A stretch of DNA of 53,761 bases. Origin: Chloroflexota bacterium. Its GTDB lineage: Bacteria; Chloroflexota; Limnocylindria; Limnocylindrales; CSP1-4. Numbering within the stretch: position 1 is the first letter of the stretch; each line of letters starts with the position of its first letter. Under the pieces are notes generated by a model. It did no database searches, was not told where the DNA came from, and saw only the letters and a program-made list of their open reading frames with translations. The stretch lies in assembly GCA_034666965.1 (NCBI GenBank), contig JAXDKT010000190.1, positions 1 to 53,761 of the forward strand. The letters run 5' to 3'. Positions 46,165 through 53,761 of the stretch are shown piece after piece. A program made the position numbers and the translations under genes.

Positions 46165-47262
46165 ATGGACGTCGCAACCGACACGCCGCTCGCCCGGATG
46201 ACGCGGACGACCCCGACCGAGTACTGGAACGATTCCTGCGCGGTCGCCGAGCTCGAGTACGCCATCGCCAACGGGGCCGTGGGGGCCACGTCCAACCCGA
46301 CCATCGTCGGCGAGGTGCTCAAGAAGGAGCTCGACACCTGGCGGCCGCGGATCCGGGCGCTGCGCGCCGAGCGGCCGACGGCCACCGACGTCGAGATCAC
46401 CTGGGCGATCGCCGAGGAGATGGCCGTCCGGGGTGCGGCGTTGCTCGAGCCGATCTTCGTCCGGGAGGCCGGCCGCAAGGGCCTCCTGTCGATCCAGACC
46501 GACCCGACCCTTCACGGCGACCCGGACCGCATGCTGGCCCAGGGCCGCCGCTTCGACACGCTCGCCCCGAACCTGCAGGTGAAGTACCCGGCGACGAGCG
46601 CCGGTCTCCAGGCGATCGAGGAGTCGACCGCGCTGGGCATCTCGATCAACGCGACCGTGTCGTTCACCCTGCCCCAGGCGCTGGCTGTCGGTGCGGCGGT
46701 CGAGCGCGGCCTGGCCCGGCGCGAGGCGGCCGGCCAGGACACCGGCCGGATGAGCCCGGTCTGCACCCTGATGATCGGCCGTCTCGACGACTGGGTGAAG
46801 GCCGTCTGCGAACGCGACGACATCGTCGTCGATCCGGCCGCGCCGAACTGGGCCGGGCTGGCGGTGTTCAAGCGGGCGGCGGCGATCTACGCCGAGCGTG
46901 GCTATCGGACCCGACTGCTGGCCGCCGCCTACCGCCACGTCCTGCACTGGTCCGAGCTGATCGGCGGCGAGGTGACCCTGACCATGCCCCACCAGTGGCA
47001 GCGCCGATTCAATGCCTCGGCGATCGAGGTCCGGCCACGCTTCGCCGAGCCGGTTCCGGCCGCCTACGTCGATGAGCTCCTGGCCCGGATCCCCGACTTC
47101 GCCCGGGCCTACGAGCCCGACGGCCTGACCCCGGCCGAGTTCGACACGTACGGGGCGACCGTGCGGACCCTGCGCTCCTTCATCGCCAGCTACTGGGACC
47201 TGGTCCGGGCCGTCGACGACATCCTGCTGCCCAACCCGGACGTCCGGACCGAGCGGGTGTGA
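46165..47262 (+). CDS. Transaldolase-family Schiff-base enzyme
   Basis: WNDS, GATSNP, VKYP (Schiff-base Lys), INATV.F; RBS GGAGGG. Confidence 0.88.
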   Translation: MDVATDTPLARMTRTTPTEYWNDSCAVAELEYAIANGAVGATSNPTIVGEVLKKELDTWRPRIRALRAERPTATDVEITWAIAEEMAVRGAALLEPIFVREAGRKGLLSIQTDPTLHGDPDRMLAQGRRFDTLAPNLQVKYPATSAGLQAIEESTALGISINATVSFTLPQALAVGAAVERGLARREAAGQDTGRMSPVCTLMIGRLDDWVKAVCERDDIVVDPAAPNWAGLAVFKRAAAIYAERGYRTRLLAAAYRHVLHWSELIGGEVTLTMPHQWQRRFNASAIEVRPRFAEPVPAAYVDELLARIPDFARAYEPDGLTPAEFDTYGATVRTLRSFIASYWDLVRAVDDILLPNPDVRTERV

Positions 47263-48572
47263 GCCGGGCGGATCCACCGGATCCCGACCCGACCGTCGCC
47301 CGACGGCCGTTGCTCGCCCGGCGCGAGTTCCGGGCGCTGCTCATCGGCCGCTCGATCAACGCCCTGGCCATCAGCGCCCTGGTCACGGTCGTGGCGTTTC
47401 AGGTCTACGACATCACCCGCGACCCGCTGGCGCTCGGCTGGCTCGGCCTGGTCGAGGCGATCCCGGCCCTGTCACTGGTCCTGTTCGGCGGGCACGTGGC
47501 CGACCGGCGCGATCGGCGGACTGTCGTGCTGGTCACCGGCTCGGCGGTCACGCTGTGCTCGGTGCTCCTGGCGATCGTCGCGGCCAACTCGGCCTGGACC
47601 TCGCTGGCGGCGATCCTGGCGGTGGTCTTCGCCACGGGCGTGGCCAACGGCTTCGAGCGGCCGGCGCTGTCGGGGCTCGAGGCGCAGGTCATCCCGCTCG
47701 ACGAGGCGGCCCGGGGGGTGTCCTGGACCACCGGCGGTTGGCAGGTCGGCTCGATCATCGGCCCGGCGGCTGGCGGGCTCTCGATTGCGTTCGTCGGCGT
47801 GGCCGCGACCTACTGGCTGATCGCGCTGCTCCTGGCGATCGCGACCGCGGCGATCCTGTTCATCGCGCCCAAGCCGGTACCGGCGCTCGTGCGCGGCGAG
47901 TCGTTCAGGACCAGCCTGCTGGGCGGCCTGCGCTACGTCCGGCGGACGCCGGTCCTGCTGGGTTCGATGGCGCTCGACCTCTTCGCGGTCTTCTTCGGCG
48001 GCGCCATTGCCCTCCTGCCCGTCTTCGCCAGCGACATCCTCCACGTCGGCCCGATCGGGCTCGGCCTGCTGCGGACCGCGCCATCGGCCGGGGCGCTGCT
48101 GGTGACCCTGGTCGCGACGCGCCGGCCGCCCGGCAAGCATGCCGGCCGCAGCCTGCTCCTGTGCGTGGCCGGTTTCGGACTGAGCATGATCGTGTTCGGG
48201 CTGTCGACGAGCTTCGTCCTGTCGCTGGCAGCCCTGTTCGTGAGCGGGCTGACCGACGGGGTCAGCGTGATCATTCGCTGGACGATCCTGCGGGTCCTCT
48301 CGCCCGAACGGCTGCGAGGTCGCGTTGCGGCGGTCAGCTGGGTCTTCGTTGGGGCGTCGAACGAGCTGGGGGCGTTCGAGAGTGGCGTGGCTGCCCGCCT
48401 GTTCGGGCCGGTTCTGACCGTCGTCGGCGGCGGGGTCCTGACCCTGGGCATCGTCGGTCTGGTCGCGGTGACCGTGCCGGCACTGCGCCGCTTCGACCTC
48501 GACCACGCCACAGCCGCGGGACCGATCGTCGAGCCAGAGCCCGAACCCGAACCCTCGACCGAGGTCGCCTAG
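47259..48572 (+). CDS. MFS transporter
   Basis: GGHVADRRDRR motif A; about 12 TM; LRGRV. Confidence 0.9.
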   Translation: MSRADPPDPDPTVARRPLLARREFRALLIGRSINALAISALVTVVAFQVYDITRDPLALGWLGLVEAIPALSLVLFGGHVADRRDRRTVVLVTGSAVTLCSVLLAIVAANSAWTSLAAILAVVFATGVANGFERPALSGLEAQVIPLDEAARGVSWTTGGWQVGSIIGPAAGGLSIAFVGVAATYWLIALLLAIATAAILFIAPKPVPALVRGESFRTSLLGGLRYVRRTPVLLGSMALDLFAVFFGGAIALLPVFASDILHVGPIGLGLLRTAPSAGALLVTLVATRRPPGKHAGRSLLLCVAGFGLSMIVFGLSTSFVLSLAALFVSGLTDGVSVIIRWTILRVLSPERLRGRVAAVSWVFVGASNELGAFESGVAARLFGPVLTVVGGGVLTLGIVGLVAVTVPALRRFDLDHATAAGPIVEPEPEPEPSTEVA

Positions 48573-49046
48573 GTGCGCGCCCTGACCGAGACCGAGTCAG
48601 GCCTTCTGGACGAGGCCCGCACGGCCGTGCTGGCTACGATCGACCCGGCCGGGCGGCCGCGGCTGGTGCCAATCTGCTTCGTGGTCGGAGGCGATGCTGT
48701 GTCGCCGACGATCTACAGCCCGATCGACGACAAGCCCAAGGCCAGCGCCGATCCCCGTCGGCTCGCCCGCGTCCGCGACATCACGGCCAGACCCGAGGTC
48801 AGCGTCCTGGTCCAGCGCTGGGACGAGGACTGGACCCGACTGGCCTGGCTCCGGATGCACGGGACCGCCGAGCTGGTCGAGCCCGACGATCCCGTCCGCT
48901 CGAGCGAACGGGCCGAGGCCATCGCGGCCCTCCGGTCCAAGTATCGCCAGTACGCGGATCACGACCTCGAGGGTCGGCCGCTCATCCGGATCGCCGCCAC
49001 TGAGCTGACCTCGTGGCCGGGCGGCGCGGCGGTCGAGACCGACTGA
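48573..49046 (+). CDS. PPOX-class putative F420-dependent oxidoreductase
   Basis: LAT...GRP.LVPICF, IDDKPK, EDW.RL.W, L..KY.QY. Confidence 0.82.
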   Translation: MRALTETESGLLDEARTAVLATIDPAGRPRLVPICFVVGGDAVSPTIYSPIDDKPKASADPRRLARVRDITARPEVSVLVQRWDEDWTRLAWLRMHGTAELVEPDDPVRSSERAEAIAALRSKYRQYADHDLEGRPLIRIAATELTSWPGGAAVETD

Positions 49047-49290
49047 ATCTGGCTGCGGTCAGCTGGAGCACGGTCTCGAAGCGGACACTGGCCATGAACC
49101 GCAGTCTAGGCGCCAGGCCGCGTCAGGGCGACGAAGCCGTTACCGGCTCCGGGCGCCCGGCACCAGTCCGGTGCGCGCGGAACGAGACTGCAAGGTCCCG
49201 CCCACGGGTTGCGATACGACGCCGCGGGTGAACCTGCCTACCCTCGGGGCTCCAGCGCCCCGTGCTGGGCCCGATGAGGGAGAACACACC

Positions 49291-49686
49291 ATGGTTGATG
49301 AAGAGCGCGTGGTCGTAAGCGACAGCAGCCCGGCGCCTGGTGCGCCGGTGGCTCAACGCACCGTCGTCGGGGAGACCGTCCGCCGCTCGCCGAGCGGCCC
49401 GGAGTACGCCCGCCGGGTGGTGGTGTTCATCTTCGGGATCCTCCAGCTGCTGATCGTCCTGCGGATCGTGCTGCTGCTCGTCGCGGATCGGGGCAACTCC
49501 CTGGTCAAGGGCATCATCGATGTCAGCGGCGTGCTGGTGGCTCCGTTCGAGGGCATCCTCAAGACCGATGCCCTCAAGTCGGGCGGGTCGGTCCTCGATC
49601 TGGCCGCGGTGGTCGCACTGGTTGGCTGGACCATCCTCGAGCTGATTATCGTGGCCGGCATCGGGATCGCTCGCCGCGAGGAGTGA
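49291..49686 (+). CDS. YggT-like small membrane protein
   Basis: Hydrophobic helices with LVAPFEGI; GTGA overlap with topoisomerase IB. Confidence 0.7.
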   Translation: MVDEERVVVSDSSPAPGAPVAQRTVVGETVRRSPSGPEYARRVVVFIFGILQLLIVLRIVLLLVADRGNSLVKGIIDVSGVLVAPFEGILKTDALKSGGSVLDLAAVVALVGWTILELIIVAGIGIARREE

Positions 49687-50756
49687 CATCGCGGGGTTCC
49701 ATCTCAGAAGGCGCGACCTCAGGGCCGCGCCTTCGGTTTGTCTCTGACGACGAACCGGGCATCCGCCGCCGGCGCGCGGGCAAGGGCTTCACCTACTCGA
49801 CGCCCGATGGCAGTCGCCTCACCGATGCTGAGACCCTTGCCTGGATCCGCAGCCTGGCGGTGCCGCCTGCCTGGCGCGACGTGTGGATCAGCCCCCATCG
49901 CAACGGCCACATCCTGGCCACCGGACGCGACGCTCGGGGGCGCAAGCAGTATCGCTACCATCCCAAGTTCCGAGCGCAGCGTGAAGGCGCGAAGTTTGCC
50001 CAGCTGGCCCAGTTCGGGCGGGCGCTGCCGGTCATCCGTCGCCGGGTCGACGCCGACCTGCGGCGTGCCGGTCTGCCGCGCGAGAAGGTCCTGGCCGCGG
50101 TCGTGGCCCTGCTCGAGACGACCCGCATTCGCGTCGGCAACGAGGCCTACGCCCGGGACAATCGCTCGTTCGGACTGACCACGCTGCGCCGCCGTCATGT
50201 GGAGGTCAACGGCTCCGCGCTGACCTTCTCGTTCCGGGGCAAGTCGGGCAAGGCCCACCGGATCGGGCTCGAGGACCGCCGCCTGGCCCGCGTGGTCCGG
50301 CACTGCCAGGAGCTGCCGGGCCAACGCCTGTTCACTTACGAGAACGGCGACGGCACCTGGCAGGCCGTGAGCTCCGATGACGTGAACGAGTATCTGCGAG
50401 CGGCCTCGAGCCAGGAGATCAGCGCCAAGGACTTCCGTACCTGGAGCGGGACGCTGCTGGCCTATGCCGCCCTGCGCGAGGGAACCGGTCTCGAGGCGTC
50501 CGGCGCCGACAGATCGGACGGATCGGCCGGATCCGACCGGGAACGACGGAGCGTCTTTCTCGGTGTCCTGAGCGAGGTCGCCGATCGGCTCGGTAACACG
50601 GTCGCGATCTGTCGTCGCTCGTACGTCCATCCTGCCGTCGAGACCTGGTTTCTGGCCGCCGGGGACCCGCCGCGGGGCCGCGGTGCGCCACGCCGGCACC
50701 GTCCCTACGAGCGCGAGCTGATCGCGCTCCTGGAGCGGGCGGCTCGCGGGGGTTGA
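49683..50756 (+). CDS. Bacterial (poxvirus-like) DNA topoisomerase IB
   Basis: GRDARGRKQYRYH, IRVGNE.Y, FRGKSGK, KDFRTW, LGNT..ICRRSYVHP. Confidence 0.93.
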   Translation: MTSRGSISEGATSGPRLRFVSDDEPGIRRRRAGKGFTYSTPDGSRLTDAETLAWIRSLAVPPAWRDVWISPHRNGHILATGRDARGRKQYRYHPKFRAQREGAKFAQLAQFGRALPVIRRRVDADLRRAGLPREKVLAAVVALLETTRIRVGNEAYARDNRSFGLTTLRRRHVEVNGSALTFSFRGKSGKAHRIGLEDRRLARVVRHCQELPGQRLFTYENGDGTWQAVSSDDVNEYLRAASSQEISAKDFRTWSGTLLAYAALREGTGLEASGADRSDGSAGSDRERRSVFLGVLSEVADRLGNTVAICRRSYVHPAVETWFLAAGDPPRGRGAPRRHRPYERELIALLERAARGG

Positions 50757-50763
50757 GGGTGCG

Positions 50764-51234
50764 TCAGGAGCGATTCACCTCGGAGCCATGGATCGAGCCT
50801 CGCCAGGCACCCGTCGGCTGGCGTCGTTCCTCGATGAACTGCTTGAAGCGGGCCAGATCGCCCTCGACCCGCCGCTCGAGAAAGCCCAGCGCCGTGCCCA
50901 CGGCCTCGATCGGGTCGTCTGGCTCCGCGTCGATGACCAGGCGGATCCGGGTTCGGTCGGGTCCCAGCGGGTCGAACAGCACGGCGCCCGCGTTCTCGGT
51001 GCCGTCGATCGCCTTCCAGGCGATCCGCGTGTCGGGCGTCTGGTCGACGATCTCGGCCGTCCACTTGCGCTTCTGACCGCCGATCGTGGCTGTCCAGTCG
51101 AGGAATTTGTCGCCGCGCTGGACGACCTCCTGGACCCCGTCCATGAACTTGGGGAAGTCCTCGAACTGGGTCCACTGGTCGTACGCGATGTGGACGGGAA
51201 CGTCCACCTCCATCGAGCGTTCGATGCGTGCCAT
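50764..51234 (-). CDS. SRPBCC/START (polyketide cyclase-like) protein
   Basis: AYDQWTQFEDFPKFM, DL.RFK.FIE, GAWRG. Confidence 0.9.
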   Translation of the reverse strand: MARIERSMEVDVPVHIAYDQWTQFEDFPKFMDGVQEVVQRGDKFLDWTATIGGQKRKWTAEIVDQTPDTRIAWKAIDGTENAGAVLFDPLGPDRTRIRLVIDAEPDDPIEAVGTALGFLERRVEGDLARFKQFIEERRQPTGAWRGSIHGSEVNRS

Positions 51235-51497
51235 CTGACGTCCTCCGTGGTTCGCCGTGCGTCCGGACGACCTCCGGCGCTGTTCGTAGGAGGGTCAGCC
51301 CGGGCGCGCGACAGGCGAGCCGGTGGCTGGACGGCCTGCGGTTGCATCCGTCTTGCAGCCCCACAACTCGATGCAGATCTGCACGCGTCTCACGCTGAGC
51401 GGGCGGCGCCACGGTACGCTGTTCGCCTGTCGTCGTCGAATGCGTCCACTCGGGCGTGCCATTTGCCTTCGGCTCGCCACCGAGGAACGAATCCGCG

Positions 51498-52475
51498 ATG
51501 ACACCCCGACCCGCGGCCCCCGCCGCGATCGATGACCACGCCTCCGCCAGCGCCGACTACGACGAGCCCGGCCTGCTGATCCAGCTCGAGCCCGAGGCCG
51601 CTCGCCTGCTCGATCGTCACGAGAAGGTGGCCCAGGAGTGGTTCCCACACGACTACATCCCGTACCGCCTCGGGCGCGACTTCGACAAGGAGCCGTGGAC
51701 GCCCGACCAGCCCCGCCTGACCGGCGTGGCCCAGACCTCGTTCGAGATCGGGCTGCTGACCGAGGACAACCTGCCCAGCTACCACCGGCTCATCCACGGG
51801 ATGTTCGGGGACGGCGACGGGGCGTGGCTCAACTGGGTCGGCCGCTGGACGGCCGAGGAAGGTCGTCACGCGATCGTCCTGCGCGACTATCTGACCGTGA
51901 CCCGCAATATCGACCCGGTCGCGCTCGAGCGCGGGCGGATGACCCAGCTGATGCAGGGCTACGACCACGACGCCCCCGACACCCTCCACGGCCTGGCCTA
52001 CGTCACGTTCCAGGAGCTCGCGACCCGGATCGCCCATCGCAACACGGGCCGCTACTCGGACGACCCGGTGGCCGACCGAATCATGATCCGGATCGCCGCC
52101 GACGAGAACCTCCACATGGTCTTCTACCGGGACATCATCGCGGCCGCCCTCGTCCTCGAGCCGTCGGCCACGGTCCGGGCCATCGTCGACGAGGTGCTCG
52201 CCTTCAAGATGCCCGGGGCGGGCATCCCGGGCTTCGTCCGCAAGGCGGCTCAGATCGCGAAAGCCGGGATCTACGACCTGCGCGTCCACCGCGAGGAGGT
52301 CCTGCTGCCGGTCATCCGCCACTGGCGGATCTTCGAGCTGACCGGGCTCGACGCCGCCGCCGAAGACGCACGCCGACGGCTGGCCGAGCACCTCGACCAG
52401 CTGGACCGGGCGGCCAAGCGCTTCGAGGAGCGGCTGGCCGCGTCGACGGTTCCCCGGATCGCGGCCCTCAAGTAG
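51498..52475 (+). CDS. Soluble acyl-ACP desaturase (DesA-like di-iron enzyme)
   Basis: TEDNLPSY, WTAEEGRH, FQELAT, DENLH. Confidence 0.92.
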   Translation: MTPRPAAPAAIDDHASASADYDEPGLLIQLEPEAARLLDRHEKVAQEWFPHDYIPYRLGRDFDKEPWTPDQPRLTGVAQTSFEIGLLTEDNLPSYHRLIHGMFGDGDGAWLNWVGRWTAEEGRHAIVLRDYLTVTRNIDPVALERGRMTQLMQGYDHDAPDTLHGLAYVTFQELATRIAHRNTGRYSDDPVADRIMIRIAADENLHMVFYRDIIAAALVLEPSATVRAIVDEVLAFKMPGAGIPGFVRKAAQIAKAGIYDLRVHREEVLLPVIRHWRIFELTGLDAAAEDARRRLAEHLDQLDRAAKRFEERLAASTVPRIAALK

Positions 52476-53340
52476 TCCCGGGGCGCGGCCCGCGGGCGAG
52501 GATCGAGAACGAGAGCGGCACGCGCCCGCGCTCGTCGGGGCGGACGTCGGCGTGGCCGCCCCACCAGTCGGTCGGGTGCTCGGCCACCCGCTCCAGGCGC
52601 AGCCCGGCCCCGAGCAGCGCCGTCACGATCTGGCCGAGCGTCCACGACCGGGCGAACTTCCAGGCCTGGTCAGGCTCGTCCATCGATAGCCGGTCGATGT
52701 ATTCGGGCGACCAGCCCTTCGAAGCTTCGGGCCCGCCGAAGTAGTCGTAGTCGGTCAGGAACCAGCGCCCATCCTCGTCGACGTCGAACAGCCACTCGGC
52801 CGGGTGGCCCTCGAACAGGACGAGCCGACCGTCCGGCGCGAGCAGCCGAGCCACGACCGCGGCCCAGGCGTCGAGGTCGGCCAGCCACATCAGCGAGCCG
52901 CGGCCGGTGTACAGCAGGTCGGCGCTGCCGTCGAGCTCGTGGGGCGTATCGAGGACGTCGGCCAGGATCCAGCTCGCGGGAGCCCCGGTTGCGACGGTCA
53001 GCCGCTCGGCCAGCTCGAGCATTCGCGGACTGAAGTCGACGCCGATCACCTCCTCGGCTCCCAGGTTCCAGAGCGACAGGCTGTCTCGACCGCCGGCGCA
53101 CTGGAGGTGGATCGCCCGCCGGCAACGACCGTGGAGGTCGCCGATGAGCTCGAGCTCGGGCGGGAGCAGGTTCGTGCCGCCCGAGCGGATCAGCTCGACC
53201 GCCTCGGCCAGCCAGCCCTCGTAGCGCTCGGCGGCCTGATCCCAGGCTCGCCGGTTGGCGGCGTGCATGCCGCGGGGATCGGCCAGCTCGGCCGGCGTCG
53301 CCGGTCGGATGAGCTGCGACTCCCCGTCTCGGCTGGCCAC
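52468..53340 (-). CDS. Class I SAM-dependent methyltransferase
   Basis: N...WD, HLQC..G.D, GVDFS, L.PDG...LFEGHP. Confidence 0.88.
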   Translation of the reverse strand: MASRDGESQLIRPATPAELADPRGMHAANRRAWDQAAERYEGWLAEAVELIRSGGTNLLPPELELIGDLHGRCRRAIHLQCAGGRDSLSLWNLGAEEVIGVDFSPRMLELAERLTVATGAPASWILADVLDTPHELDGSADLLYTGRGSLMWLADLDAWAAVVARLLAPDGRLVLFEGHPAEWLFDVDEDGRWFLTDYDYFGGPEASKGWSPEYIDRLSMDEPDQAWKFARSWTLGQIVTALLGAGLRLERVAEHPTDWWGGHADVRPDERGRVPLSFSILARGPRPGTT

Positions 53341-53446
53341 CCGCTCAGTCTACGAGCGCGGATGGTCGGGGCGATGGACCGGCCGGGTGGTCGGTCAGGC
53401 GCGACCGGTGAAGCAAGCGCCCGAACAGCGTCCGCTTCGGGCCCCG

Positions 53447-53761
53447 CTACTTCGTGATCGTGAACGGGACCTTGGCCAGCGAGACGTAGCCGTCGTCGAG
53501 GAGGTAGTGGACCTCGTACTTGCCGGGCGGCAGCGGCCAGTCGCCCTCGGCGGCCTCGTCGATCGTGCCGCTGCCGGCGATCGTCGTCTTGGTGTAGATG
53601 TACTCGAGATACGAGTCGTTGAGCGGGTCGCCGCCGGCCGCGTAGACCCCGATCCAGTCCCACTTGTTGCCCGGCGCGTTGGTCCAGCTGACGGCGATCG
53701 ACTCGCCCTTGGCATAGCTCGGCTTGGAGACGGTCAGGGTCGGTGGCTCGGCGGGTGCCCC
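53447..53761 (-). CDS. C-terminal Ig-like domain of a probably secreted protein (5' part outside window)
   Basis: Manual translation ...YAKGESIAVSWTNAPGNKWDWIGVY...LPPGKYEVHYLLDDGY..FTITK, stop TAG at 53447. Confidence 0.7.
   Translation of the reverse strand, partial: GAPAEPPTLTVSKPSYAKGESIAVSWTNAPGNKWDWIGVYAAGGDPLNDSYLEYIYTKTTIAGSGTIDEAAEGDWPLPPGKYEVHYLLDDGYVSLAKVPFTITK

Noticed and set aside
49130-49290. Riboswitch upstream of the YggT-like gene
   Set aside because: GC-rich stems are possible, but no recognisable aptamer consensus
49683-50756. Tyrosine recombinase / integrase marking a mobile element
   Set aside because: Motifs are those of topoisomerase IB; no att sites, tRNA or phage genes nearby

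Overview
High-GC bacterial chromosomal segment of about 60 genes. Gene content and style suggest Chloroflexota or an Actinomycetota-like soil bacterium; this is inference only. No rRNA, tRNA, CRISPR array, integrase or transposase was recognised. Main blocks, in order: lipid/lipoprotein genes (plsC-like, lgt, menG); a SigK/RskA-like ECF pair; an iron/Fe-S block (ferritin-VIT1 fusion, Rieske-sufD-sufB, efeU plus cupredoxin); ycaQ-osmC; TetR/MMPL; NlpC/P60; a second ECF/anti-sigma/lipoprotein module; a 4-gene ABC system; HD-GYP; a two-subunit CoA-transferase; amine catabolism genes; fabI; Fur plus NiCoT; an iolD-iolE-iolB-transaldolase cluster; topoisomerase IB; acyl-ACP desaturase. The strongest leads are: (1) a translationally coupled pair of a CbiX-like/Pol-beta nucleotidyltransferase fusion and an EEP phosphoesterase; (2) a 74-bp duplication of the CoA-transferase A/B junction enclosing a chimeric linker ORF; (3) an iol operon with a Glu-to-Gln transaldolase-family enzyme and no iolC/iolJ in the window; (4) a repeated GGAACC-N14-GGTGTA ECF promoter; (5) pervasive leaderless gene starts. 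All functional calls come from motif recognition by eye, not database searches.
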